Positions 31,313 through 45,591 of a stretch of 64,000 nt of DNA are shown one piece after another. The notes beneath the pieces are model-generated. The model made no database searches. It was not told where the DNA came from and worked only from the letters and a program-made list of their open reading frames with translations. How positions within the stretch are numbered: the first letter of the stretch is position 1; each line of letters opens with the position of its first letter. Source of the DNA: Octopus vulgaris. Lineage: Eukaryota. The position numbers and the translations under genes are program-made. The stretch is from positions 49,848,001 to 49,912,000 of the forward strand of contig OX597836.1 in the NCBI GenBank assembly GCA_951406725.2, given 5' to 3'.

Positions 31313-31732
31313 AGCAATATATACATAGAGAGAGAGAGAAAGAGAGAGAGAGAAAGAGAGACAGAGAGAGACAGACAGACAGACAGATACACACACACAC
31401 ACGCAAATAACATGCATACATATATATATATATATGTATATATGTACAGATGAATGTATATATTCATGGATGTAGCAGTATATATATATGTGTGTGTTTG
31501 TGTGTGTGTGTGTGTGTGCATACTAAGGTGTATCTATATATGTGTGCATATGTATATATACGTATATGTAGGTGTGTGTATATACATATATATATCCAAA
31601 TTGATGAAATGGAGTGGGTAAAAATGCAGGCTTTATGTGTTTCCTCAGAAACAATAATTACTCAATGCTGGGTATTCCAATGTATATAAAATCATCTTCA
31701 GGATCCAAGAGAATTGAGACACCAGGATAGAG

Positions 31733-32660
<928 letters not shown>

Positions 32661-32914
32661 CTCTTACATAATACTTTGCAATGAAATTGAATACTCACTG
32701 AATTTTCGGCTGTGACACCTGTATTGTTTCCATGATGAAATTATATTAGGACTGCTTCTAATACATATATGACAAACACATGTCTGTCCACATCTATCTA
32801 TCTTTACAAATATATATGTTGTGTGTGTGTGTGTGTGTGTTCATGTATGTCGAGTGTAATTGTGAACAAATGACCATGACACCACGGCAACGCAAATAGA
32901 CTCACACACCACAA

Positions 32915-32946
<32 letters not shown>

Positions 32947-33889
32947 CACACGCACATACACACAAATATATAAAGTGTGTATTTACATTTGCTTCTTATC
33001 ACATCTATTATCATTGTTGTAAAAGGTCACTACAATATGAGTGTGCGTCTGTGTGTTTGTGTGTGTGTTTGTGTGCGTCTGTGTGTTTGTGTGTGTCTGT
33101 GTGTTTGTGTGTGTGAGTGTTTGTGTGTGTACATGTGTATTATAAATGTATATGTGTGTATATGTATATGCGTGTATATAAACACACACATACATATATG
33201 CTTATATATGTATATGTGTGTGTATGTATATGCGTATGTGTGTGTGTATATACGTGTGTATATATATATATATATATATATACAAATATATATATATATA
33301 AATAAATACATATGTGTATGTATGTGTGAATATTCACACATATGGGAAAACGGACGTTAAACTATGATGATGATGTTATACATATATGTGTGTGTGTGTA
33401 TGTATGTATGTATATATATATATATATATATATATTCCAACCCATGCTAGCACGGAAAATGGACGTTAAACGATGATGATGATGATGATATATGTATGTA
33501 TGTATGTGTATATATATATATATATACACACACACGCACATATGTGTGTGTATCAGTGTGTATATACACACACACACACACACGTACATATTCACACACA
33601 TAGGAGCACATATTTACTACTTTATTGTCATTTACTTTTTCCAAGTGTTTTACTTTCACCTTCCACCCACAACTTTTTTGAAATGTGAACAATTCCATGA
33701 TTGCGCGATTGCTTGAGGGTGGATGTCCCTCCCCATCATCAACCCTCATTTGTCTCCTAGCAATGTAATATTTCCCTCTAATGGACACATTTTTTACAAA
33801 CAAACAGAAACAACATTGCTTGTATGACAGTGACACTAACGCAAACACCTATACATACATACTTACATACACACACACAGACATACATA

Positions 33890-35060
33890 CATGATGGCTG
33901 CCCCCTCGTTATCGAGTATGGCCATTGCACGGGGCTTACATGTGAATGGTGCTGTGATCGAATGTGACTTTTTAGCCCAGCTAAAGATCTACAGAACTAG
34001 CAGCTAAAACCTTTACCGGCAATAGCTGGCTGTAGTTGTAATTGGGCTTTGTGTACTTTTGCATGTCGTTTAAGTCCTCCCGCCTAATTACACTCCCTTC
34101 TACATACCTGACAAATATAATTAGTATGGTGTGTAGCACCACCACCACCAGCAGCGGCCTGGTTGTCATCTGTCTTGCTTTATGACTACGAAGATGACTC
34201 TTGAGTCCAGCTTTGCTGAGACAGGGTCTTGCGCAGACACTGCATGTCAGCATCAAAGGAAGACCCTTCCCTTCTGGAAGTGCAACAGCGATGCCCTTCC
34301 TGACATCCCTCCTTACTTTCTCATGCGCAACTCGAGATTTCTCAAAAGTAGCTGTCCCTTCATACACAATCCTTCTCCACCTGCTACAATCAACAGCTAT
34401 ACCTCCCTATGTGTCAGGAGAGATTCAAGCATCTCCTAAGGAAACCTTCAGCAAGTCTTAATACCTCTTTTTTGGTTTATGTGGAGGTCGTTCTCCTTTA
34501 GCTAACTCTCCATAAAAGAGTTGTTTCGGAATCCTTGAATCCTTCATCCCAACTAGATGACCACTCCATCTGAGCCTTTACCTCAACACAAGAGCTTCTA
34601 TACTTTCACACCGAGAGATTTCCAATATTTCAAGATCACTGACGCAGTCCTCCCACTTAATGCCATAGATCCATCTGAGACACATCTGATGGAAATGTTC
34701 CAGTTGTTTAAGGTGGTATCAATATGTGACCCACGTCTCGCAGGTATAAAGAAGAGAAGGGAGCACACATGCCTTGTACACCTTTTATCTTTGTCTTCCT
34801 CACCAACTTCAGAGATGCCTTTCTAGCTTTCCAAAAGCATCTCTTGCTTTCCTAATTCTTATGGAATTTCATCATCCAAATTGCTATAGCTATTAACAGT
34901 GCTTCCCAGGTAGACAAACTGATTGACTACACCAAGTCGTTTACCATACTCATAGATATTTGGTTCACTATACTGCTTACCAGGGGCAGGTTGGTACATG
35001 ACAACAGTTTTCTTGAGACTGACTGTCAATCCTAAGGCAGTGCAAGCATCAAAGAATGCA
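33890..35060 (-). mobile_element. RTE LINE (family B) 3' portion with C2H2 fingers
   Basis: GLTVSLKKTVVMYQP, QFVYLGSTV, LRWSGHLVGM, KQLFYGEL and CSVCARPCLSKAGLKSHLRSH. The 3' end is gggggcagccatc followed by a (ATGT)n tail. Confidence 0.9.
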
Positions 35061-35139
35061 TACATACACACACACACACATACATACATACATACATACA
35101 CACACACATACATAATTATATATGCATACATACATAAGG

Positions 35140-35392
35140 GAGAAAACTATAAACCAGACAAGTAAAACTTCCATCAATGGTTTGACTGTTTCCCCTGTAT
35201 CTGACAAGGAATGTTACAGGTGTCTGGGGATGGATGAAAACACATCTTACAATGACACCTGTAACAAAATACATGTCACTAAAGAATATTATGGATGAAT
35301 AAAGAAAATCTGGACCTCAGAACTCTCTGCATTCAATAAAACAGTGGCCCACACTGTGTTTGCAGTGCCAGTACTCATACCAACATTTGGGC
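35140..35392 (+). mobile_element. R4/Dong-like retrotransposon RT-thumb fragment
   Basis: Translates as CYRCLGMDENTSYNDTCNKIHVTKEYYG*IKKIWTSELSAFNKTVAHTVFAVPVLIPTFG. Confidence 0.75.
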
Positions 35393-35602
35393 CGCTTGAT
35401 GCTTGATGTAATCTGAGCCATTGAGCCTTGGGAATATTTTCAAAAGGTCACAATACAATACTTTTCTGTGTGAATAGAACTGGTAGGAAAATAATGGCTC
35501 TTATAATCGGTAAATTCAAATCTCTCTCTATATATAGAAAACAAAGTTATTTTATTCCTTATGGGCAGAAATATAGGAAAAATAGAAACTGAAAATGCAC
35601 TG

Positions 35603-36564
35603 AGAATAGTTAAAATACTTTTTATTAATATATTTGAAGAGTTAACTGGTTTCACAATTTACACTGATTTTCAAAAATTTCAAATAGAAAGACGTGGCTT
35701 ATGTCGCAGCTGCCTTGTTTCTGACTAGTTTTTTAAAGTTTTCCCTGTTTTTATAGGGAATTCATGGTTGAAATTAGTATATGTTTTAAATAAGATTTGA
35801 TCAGCAGAGGATAGTCACACAACTAGCCTTAGAAATGTTTGTAGGTTCTCTGCTATGTCTGTGCGTTAGTATCAAGTGACAATGTTTAACATTGTAAGTT
35901 ATGGTTCACTCGGTTGACTGAACACATCTGGTGGCAGTACCAAACAATCCATGCTCTGACTGTTTTCTGTCAAGGGTTGTTTGTAAAGAATGAACACATG
36001 ATTATGTTTAAAACCTTCTCTATGTTTCCCCGCTGCTCCGTCCGGTCCGTCCATGTCAAAAAACAGTATATTTTACGCCTAAAATGAAGGCTGACACAGT
36101 TGAGTGAACGTGTTTAGTTATAATTAAAGCACTTGATTATATTTAAATATGTCCACTCAACTGTGTCAGCCTTCTTTTTAGGCACAAATTATACGGCCAC
36201 ATGACACTAACACATGGACATCGGAAAACATAAAAAGTTATAAACTTAATTATGTGTTCATTTTCTACAAACACTTGACAGAAAACATTGACAGCATGGA
36301 TTGTCTGGACATGTCCAGTCAACCGTGTCAGCCTTAAGACACCAAGCATTGTCACTTGATTCTTAAGAACCTACAAAGATTTCTAAGACCAGTCATGTGA
36401 CTATTCTCTACCAATCAAACCCTATTCTAAACATATACTAACTTGTGCCATGAACTTCCTATAAAAACAGGGGAAACTTTAAACCACTTTTTGAAAATTA
36501 GTGTAAACTGTGAAACCGGTTAAAGCTTCAAATATTTTATTAAAATATTTCAACTTCTATTATT
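35603..36564. mobile_element. Old ~960-bp palindromic (foldback/MITE) element
   Basis: Diverged inverted arms pair along almost the whole length (for example aaggctgacacagttgagtg and cactcaactgtgtcagcctt), with the centre near 36128. Confidence 0.78.
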
Positions 36565-36592
36565 CCTATACATACATACATACATACATACA

Positions 36593-36628
<36 letters not shown>

Positions 36629-36642
36629 TGTGCAAGTATATA

Positions 36643-37925
36643 TTGGGTTGTCCGGAAAGTTCGTGCCGATTTATACTAGCTTACCTTTCGACTTATTTTA
36701 GAACATGGCTAAGTCCATAAAATAGGATTTGACTACACCTCCATTTAGAGCACTGTTTAAGCTATCTTTTCGTGGAAGAAGGTTTATGTTCCTATAATCT
36801 GTGTTAATTCTGTAACCCTTTAAAATGGAAGATAAGAAAGTTCATTTTCGACACTTGATGCTTTTCTTTTTCTGTAAAGGAAAAAATGCCTCACAAGCAA
36901 CCAAAGAAATATGCGCAGTTTACGGTGATGTTTCTTTATCCGAAAGAACTGTACGGAAGTGGTTCGCAAGGTTCCGAGCTGAAGATTGTAGCCTTATTGA
37001 TAAAGAACGATCAGGCAGACCATCCACTACAGATGATGACCAAATCAAGTCATTAATTGAGAATAACCCACATTGCACAACCCGAGAATTGGCAGAAAGC
37101 CTAAACCTATCAAAATCTGTCATTCATGAGCACCTGGTAAAGCTTGGGTACACAAATCGCTACGATGTTTGGGTACCACGTGAGTTGAGTGAAAAGAACC
37201 TTTTGAATCACATTTCCATCTGTGGTTTGCTTTATAAATGGAATGAAAACATACCTTTTTTAAAACAAATTGTGACAGGTGATGAGAAATGGATTATCTA
37301 CAGAAATGTTCAGAGAAAGCAATCCTGGGGTAGGCGACATGAACCATCCTTAGCCACCCCAAAAGCGGGTCTTCACCCTAAAAAAGTCTTGCTTTGTATC
37401 TGGTGGGATTGGAAAGGAATTCTGTACTATGAGCTTCTCCCAAGTAATCAGACAATTAATTCTGAGAAATACACACACAACTGGATGAGTTAAAAGAAGC
37501 AATTCAAGAGAAACATCCAGAATTGGCCAACAGGAAGGGTGTTGTTTTCCAACATGATAATGCAAGGCTGCATGTTTCTTTGGGAACCAGACAAAAATTG
37601 CTGCAGCTTGGCTGGGATGTGTTACCCCACCCTCCATATTCACCAGATATTACTCCTTCGGATTTCCACTTATTCAGGTCTCTGCAGAATAGCCTTAATG
37701 GTAAAAATTTCAATTCCTTGGATGACGTAAAAAGATACCTTGATGAATTCTTTGCCATGAAACCACCTCAATTCTGGGAAGAGGGTATTTTCAAGTTAAA
37801 GGAAAGATGGAGACGCATTGTGCAACAAAATGGTTCATATTTGGTTGATTAAAAATGTAATGGCAAGTATTTATTGACCTTTTTCTTTCCTTTAAAAATC
37901 GGCACAAACTTTCCGGACACCCCAA
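36643..37925 (+). mobile_element. Full-length mariner transposon (mellifera-like)
   Basis: 30-bp TIRs ttgg(g/t)tgtccggaaagtt(c/t)gtgccgattt with 2 mismatches, TA TSD at 36641-36642 and 37926-37927, length 1283 bp. Confidence 0.95.
36825..37852 (+). pseudogene. Mariner DD34D transposase with a single frameshift
   Basis: WVPREL, IVTGDEKW, FQHDNAR and HPPYSPDITPSDFHLF are present. The only break is an apparent 1-bp loss in tacacacacaactg near 37472. Confidence 0.93.
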
Positions 37926-37997
37926 TACATGTGTGTATAAATATAACACACACACACACACACACACATGCTAGCTCTGAATTCTATAGAAAACTTT

Positions 37998-38059
<62 letters not shown>

Positions 38060-38700
38060 GAGAAATCTTCAGGAAGCTAGTTAACAAGAATTGTATTGGC
38101 ATTTATACATTTAGGCAGGTTTAAAGGGGTGTTGGTGGGGGACTTTTTGGGGGTAGGCATAGCGCAAAATATCATACTTGGGGGAGTGGTCAAGGAATCA
38201 GTGTTAAATTAGATTAAATTAGATAGAAGAATAAATAAAAAGATAAAAAATATATATAAAAAAAATATATATAAAAAAAATATATATATATAAAAAAAAG
38301 GGGATAGGGTTTTAGGTAAATAAGGAGATTCTCACTTATACCTATGCACATATGTATACATATATACACACACATACAAACATATATACATATACATACA
38401 CACATACACACACACACATATATATACATATATATACACTTACACATACATATACATATCTACACATACACATATATATGTATACAAACACACACTCACA
38501 TGCATACACGTATACACGCATGTATATATACACACACGACCACACATACATATACACACAGAAAAATATATATACACATACACACACATACACACATACA
38601 CGCATACACACACATATCCACACACACACATGCACACGCAGCACACCAGTCCCTATATACACATATATACACAAACACACATATATACACACACATACAT

Positions 38701-38749
<49 letters not shown>

Positions 38750-39164
38750 TACATATGTGTACCTATGCATCCCTACACATACACACATATATATATACAC
38801 ATACAAATACAGACCCATTCCCTAATTTTAATTTTATTATCTTCATTTATTACTTTTGTTATCTTTGACGACTGGTCACAAACATCTTGGCTATGACAGC
38901 CAGTCCATTTGTCTGTCTACTTGAAAACAAGCACTCATTCACTCACGCACACTCTTTAGCACGTACACTCACTCATTCGTACACTCATACACATACACGC
39001 ACGCACGCGTTATATTCATACATACATACATCTACATACATTCACGTATATACACATACGTACGCGTACCTACAGATTCATGTCTACACTCTTAGAAGGC
39101 TAGTCTATACATATGCACCAATTAATATAAATACACACACATACACAAACACCTACATACAAAT

Positions 39165-39217
<53 letters not shown>

Positions 39218-39434
39218 TATATTCACATATATATACATATATATATATATATACATATATATACACACATACACATACATACATATATATACACACATAC
39301 ACATACATACATATACACACATACACATACATACGTATACATACATACATACATCCATACATCCATACATACATACACATACACACACCCACACGTATAC
39401 ATATACATACATATATACGCGCCTGCATACACAT

Positions 39435-39534
39435 NNNNNNNNNNNNNNNNNNNNNNNNNNNNNNNNNNNNNNNNNNNNNNNNNNNNNNNNNNNNNNNNNN
39501 NNNNNNNNNNNNNNNNNNNNNNNNNNNNNNNNNN
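39435..39534. other. Assembly gap (100 N)
   Basis: Seen directly in the sequence. Confidence 1.
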
Positions 39535-42500
39535 TCCTCCTCCTTCACTTCATTGGTCCTGTCTACCTGGAAGCTGTTGAGTATAACTCGTTGCCCTCTT
39601 CTTCTTCCTCCTCCTCCTTCACTTCATTGGTCCTGTCTACCTGGAAGCTGTTGAGTATAACTCGTTGCCCTCTTCTTCTTCCTCCTCCTCCTCCTCACTT
39701 CATTGGTCCTGTCTACCTGGAAGCTGTTGAGTATCACTCGTTGCCCTCTTCTTCTTCTTCTTCCTCCTCCTCCTCCACTTCATTGGTCCTGTCTACCTGG
39801 AAGCTGTTGAGTATAACTCGTTGCCCTCTTCTTCTTCCTCCTCCTCCTTCTCTTCATTGGTCCTGTCTACCTGGAAGCTGTTGAGTATAACTCGTGCTCC
39901 CCTCTTCTTCTTCCTCCTCCTCCTTCACTTCATTGGTCCTGTCTACCTGGAAGCTGTTGAGTATAACTCGTTGCCCTCTTCTTCTTCCTCCTCCTCCTTC
40001 ACTTCATTGGTCCTGTCTACCTGGAAGCTGTTGAGTATAACTCGTTGCCCTCTTCTTCTTCCTCCTCCTCCTCCACTTCATTGGTCCTGTCTACCTGGAA
40101 GCTGTTGAGTATAACTCGTTGCCCTCTTCTTCTTCCTCCTCCTCCTCCTCCACTTCATTGGTCCTGTCTACCTGGAAGCTGTTGAGTATAACTCGTTGCC
40201 CTCTTCTTCTTCCTCCTCCTCCTTCACTTCATTGGTCCTGTCTACCTGGAAGCTGTTGAGTATAACTCGTTGCCCCCCTCTTCTTCTTCCTCCTCCTCCT
40301 TCACTTCATTGGTCCTGTCTACCTGGAAGCTGTTGAGTATAACTCGTTGCCCTCCTCTTCTTCCTCCTCCTCCTTCACTTCATTGGTCCTGTCTACCTGG
40401 AAGCTGTTGAGTATAACTCGTTGCCCTCTTCTTCTTCCTCCTCCTCCTCCACTTCATTGGTCCTGTCTACCTGGAAGCTGTTGAGTATAACTCGTTGCCC
40501 TCTTCTTCTTCCTCCTCCTCCTCCACTTCATTGGTCCTGTCTACCTGGAAGCTGTTGAGTATAACTCGTTGCCCTCTTCTTCTTCCTCCTCCTCCTTCAC
40601 TTCATTGGTCCTGTCTACCTGGAAGCTGTTGAGTATAACTCGTTGCCCTCTTCTTCTTCCTCCTCCTCCTTCACTTCATTGGTCCTGTCTACCTGGAAGC
40701 TGTTGAGTATAACTCGTTGCCCTCTTCTTCTTCCTCCTCCTCCTTCACTTCATTGGTCCTGTCTACCTGGAAGCTGTTGAGTATAACTCGTTGTCACTTC
40801 ATTGGTCCTGTCTACCTGGAAGCTGTTGAGTATAACTCGTTGCCCTCTTCTTCTTCCTCCTCCTCCTTCACTTCATTGGTCCTGTCTACCTGGAAGCTGT
40901 TGAGTATAACTCGTTGCCCTCTTCTTCTTCCTCCTCCTCCTTCACTTCATTGGTCCTGTCTACCTGGAAGCTGTTGAGTATAACTCGTTGCCCTCTTCTT
41001 CTTCCTCCTCCTCCTTCACTTCATTGGTCCTGTCTACCTGGAAGTTGTTGAGTATAACTCGTTGCCCTCTTCTTCTTCCTCCTCCTCCTTCACTTCATTG
41101 GTCCTGTCTACCTGGAAGCTGTTGAGTATAACTCGTTGCCCTCTTCTTCTTCCTCCTCCTCCTACTTCATTGGTCCTGTCTACCTGGAAGCTGTTGAGTA
41201 TAACTCCTGTCTACCTGGAAGCTGTTGAGTATAACTCGTTGCCCTCTTCTTCTTCCTCCTCCTCCTTCACTTCATTGGTCCTGTCTACCTGGAAGCTGTT
41301 GAGTATAACTCGTTGCCCTCTTCTTCTTCCTCCTCCTCTTCTTCCTCCTCCTCCTTCACTTCATTGGTCCTGTCTACCTGGAAGCTGTTGAGTATAACTC
41401 GTTGCCCTCTTCTTCTTCCTCCTCCTCCTTCACTTCATTGGTCCTGTCTACCTGGAAGCTGTTGAGTATAACTCGTTGCCCTCTTCTTCTTCCTCCTCCT
41501 CCTTCACTTCATTGGTCCTGTCTACCTGGAAGCTGTTGAGTATAACTCGTTGCCCTCTTCTTCTTCCTCCTCCTCCTTCACTTCATTGGTCCTGTCTACC
41601 TGGAAGCTGTTGAGTATAACTCGTTGCCCTCTTCTTCTTCCTCCTCCTCCTTCACTTCATTGGTCCTGTCTACCTGGAAGCTGTTGAGTATAACTCGTTG
41701 CCCTCCTCTTCTTCCTCCTCCTCCTCCTCCACTTCATTGGTCCTGTCTACCTGGAAGCTGTTGAGTATAACTCGTTGCCCTCTTCTTCTTCCTCCTCCTC
41801 CTCACTTCATTGGTCCTGTCTACCTGGAAGCTGTTGAGTATAACTCGTTGCCCTCTTCTTCCTCCTCCTCCTCCTTCACTTCATTGGTCCTGTCTACCTG
41901 GAAGCTGTTGAGTATAACTCGTTGCCCTCTTCTTCCTCCTCCTCCTCCTTCACTTCATTGGTCCTGTCTACCTGGAAGCTGTTGAGTATAACTCGTTGCC
42001 CTCTTCTTCTTCCTCCTCCTCCTTCACTTCATTGGTCCTGTCTACCTGGAAGCTGTTGAGTATAACTCGTTGCCCTCTTCTTCTTCCTCCTCCTCCTTCA
42101 CTTCATTGGTCCTGTCTACCTGGAAGCTGTTGAGTATAACTCGTTGCCCTCTTCTTCTTCCTCCTCCTCCTCCTTCACTTCATTGGTCCTGTCTACCTGG
42201 AAGCTGTTGAGTATAACTCGTTGCCCTCTTCTTCTTCCTCCTCCTCCTTCACTTCATTGGTCCTGTCTACCTGGAAGCTGTTGAGTATAGCTCGTTGCCC
42301 TCTTCTTCTTCCTCCTCCTCCTTCACTTCATTGGTCCTGTCTACCTGGAAGCTGTTGAGTATAACTCGTTGCCCTCCTCTTCTTCCTCCTCCTCCTTCAC
42401 TTCATTGGTCCTGTCTACCTGGAAGCTGTTGAGTATAACTCGTTGCCCTCTTCTTCTTCCTCCTCCTCCTTCACTTCATTGGTCCTGTCTACCTGGAAGC

Positions 42501-42778
42501 TGTTGAGTATAGCTCGTTGCCCTCTTCTTCTTCCTCCTCCTCCTTCACTTCATTGGTCCTGTCTACCTGGAAGCTGTTGAGTATAACTCGTTGCCCTCTT
42601 CTTCTTCCTCCTCCTCCTTCACTTCATTGGTCCTGTCTACCTGGAAGCTGTTGAGTATAACTCGTTGCCCTCTTCTTCTTCCTCCTCCTCCTTCACTTCA
42701 TTGGTCCTGTCTACCTGGAAGCTGTTGAGTATAACTCGTTGCCCTCCTCTTCTTCCTCCTCCTCCTCCTCCACTTCAT
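39535..42778. repeat. Satellite/minisatellite array, 74-bp unit, roughly 44 copies
   Basis: Unit cacttcattggtcctgtctacctggaagctgttgagtataactcgttgccctcttcttcttcctcctcctcctt. Variation is mostly in the (CTT)n(CCT)n tract. The gap truncates it on the left. Confidence 0.97.
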
Positions 42779-43281
42779 GGCTATTTTCAGTTGAGCTTCT
42801 CTCAGAGATTGGTGCAAGTTATTCGGCGTTGGTTTCTCTTTCTCCTCCCCACAACACAAATACAAAGCTTTATGACCTTTATTTAGATGTCTGTATGCTG
42901 TAGCGAAAGAAGGCATAGAAAGAACATGGACGTTGTCCTCCCTTTCTCGATTATTTTAAAACTGCTCAGGCACGCAACAAACACACACACACACACACAC
43001 TGTAGATTTGATGTGATTTGAAACAAAGATCAAAGTATGTCACTGATGTGAGAGCTGACCTATGGAATCTGTGTACAGCTAGGTGGACTTGGGCAGTTAT
43101 AGTTGTCTTATCTATTGATACTGTTTAGAAAAAAATGACTTGAGACAAAACTGTTAACTCTTTGGTTGGATTTCCAAAAACCTATCAAACTGACCAGCTG
43201 TGATTGTCCTGCTTTATTAGATTCTAAAACAACTTATTTCAAAAATTCTGTTCTCTGATTTATGTTTTGTTTCTTCTGCAG

Positions 43282-45591
43282 GTTGTTTAGAAGCAATTCA
43301 ATTCTTCACAGATCTCGATCCTCATGATTTCTATAAGGAATCTTTTTGGAATGTTATCAAAGAAAGTTTTGCTTTAGTACATTTGCTGAAGAGTCATCTG
43401 CAGAGTTCAAACCTTGTGGTAAAATCATATTTACCATATTTTGGTCTCTCTTTCAAGGATGATTCTGTGTGGAAATCTCACACAACAGAACCATTGTGTT
43501 GCATATCTCTCATAGAATACAATATTTGTAATAGAATGTCTTATGCAAGTTTTACCTTTGATAAATTCAAATCGTGGCTGAATAAATACCTCAAATTTTG
43601 TATTCGAAAGTTATTCCAAATACTGTATCACAAGTTAACCATCCACATCATCATAAGTACACCCTGTCCATTTGAATCTGCAGAATTATGCCAGTCTTCA
43701 GAAACTTGTTGTTGTCATTTGGCAAATTTTTATGGAAGTCAACATAGAGATTTCTGCCGTTTTCAGGAGAAAAAATGCATGCATCTTCATGAATCCAGTA
43801 CTTTACCTCATTTTGATATTCGTGTAGTTATCTGTGAAATGCTTCTCACTATAAAGCTACAAGACGATTTTGAAGAGTTTAAATTCTTTGCAACTCATCT
43901 TTATAAAGCCCTGATTTCGAATTTAGATCAAGATACCCATTTGTCAGACGTCTTCCATCCAGACAATATAAATGCCTTAAAAATCTGTATTCGAAATCAT
44001 TATAAAATGGTTTTTCAAAAGATGACTCTATTGGAAAAAGTACAGTCTTCAGATTTCTATTTTGAAGTAAATATTTTATTCAGCTGGCTAAATATTAGAT
44101 ATGATTTGAACAAACTCATGGAAGACATGTACCAACAAATTGGAAAAGAATCATTTCCAGACGTGCATATTGTAAACTCATCTTTGGTTTCTTCTGACAA
44201 CAAATATATGTGCATATACCAACGGTTCTATGATTCTCTCTATTTTCTTTATGAAAGACATCAGCCATTTGAAGCTGTCATTCAATTTTCTAAATTTTGC
44301 GTTTTGTTTCTAAAAAAGAGAAAACGTATTCTGCCAGATTTGCACTGCCTCTTATTGTGGATTGAATTCTTTATGACAATAAGTTTCATGTTACTAATGA
44401 GACACTGCAAAATATCAGTGGTTCTATCTTCCTCTCATATTTCCTCAGTTGACATTATAGATACACTTCAATCAACATTTTCAGAAAAGCTTCAAGACAT
44501 TTTAAATTCCAGTCGTATGTGGCTCAATTTGAAACTTCTAGAGGTACGTGTGGCCAAAATGGTCAGTTTGATTTTTAGTGACAACATTTTTAAGTGTTTA
44601 CAAAAAGAAGTAAATTCAAGAAAACTTGCGAAGCGTGTTTTCATTTTGGGCCTTTGTTACATTCACTGCTTTTCTGAGCAGCCTTTTGAAAATATACCGG
44701 ACCTCAAATTTTTAATGAAATGCGAAAATGTTGCAACTCTAGTTGAGGATCCTTTATTAAGAGTGAGAGATATATGCAGGCTGATTGCAACAAACCAAGA
44801 TGTAGCATGTAGGCTTATTAAAGCTACTGTAAAAGTTTTGATGCAGACCCCAGAATATGAAATCTCAAGATATTATTGGATGTTTAAAAATGGAAAACCA
44901 TTAGGACTACAGTTGGTTTCTGATAAGCAATTGCCAATGTCGAGGCTTGAAATGGCTGACTCAAGCCCCACAGGTGTGTCTGAAATTGACTCTGAAATAA
45001 CAGAAAAAATGGTTGAAGATTTAATAAGTAATGAGGAAAAAGATAAAAAGAATGATTCTGTGATGCAAACAAAAGCTGTTCAGGTGATTGAAAATGCTTA
45101 CCTGAGATATAGAAATAAATTATTGAAGGAGCTGAGATCGTTGGAGATTCCAGCTAACTTACCTTTATTTATTCCAAGTGAGAAATATTGCTTCGTGTGT
45201 GCAGTTTCTTTTTCTTCAAAACAATGTATCACTCCTTTTAAGATTAATGGAAACGACAGTTCTGATGAGAAAGAAACTTTATTTAAACACTTGAAAAAAC
45301 CTGCTCATTCAGCAAAGATTTTGGAATTCAAAGCATTCTCAAAACTCTATGAAACTCGTTTTCTTCCTGTTAAAGAAAGAGCCAAAAATTATCTTGATTT
45401 AGATTTAGTTTCAGACAATGAAGAAATTACATTTTATTTCAATTTACTGAAATTAAAATTGCAAGAGTTTGATAAAAACCTGGATCAAATTTGCCAAAAT
45501 ACAAACTGGACAGAAACTGAAAAACTGGAAACAATTGCTGGAAACATTGAACATTTTGCTGAGAAAATGAAGCAATTATACAAAAATTCAG
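43282..45591 (+). CDS. TRANK1: Large coding exon of a TRANK1/LBA1-like protein (C-terminal region)
   Basis: Acceptor ttcttctgcag|g and donor cag|gtgagt, both phase 1, with about 770 stop-free codons. The motif order resembles the TRANK1 C-terminus: GCLEA, ILPDLHCLLLWIEF..VVLSSSHIS, AKRVFILGL, IQ-like AVQVIENAYLRYR, CFVC...HLKKPAH. The family assignment is by recall. Confidence 0.75.

Noticed and set aside
39535-42778. CRISPR-like regular array or repetitive protein ORFs
   Set aside because: There are no unique spacers and no cas genes, and the context is eukaryotic. The 74-bp unit is not a multiple of 3 and contains stops.
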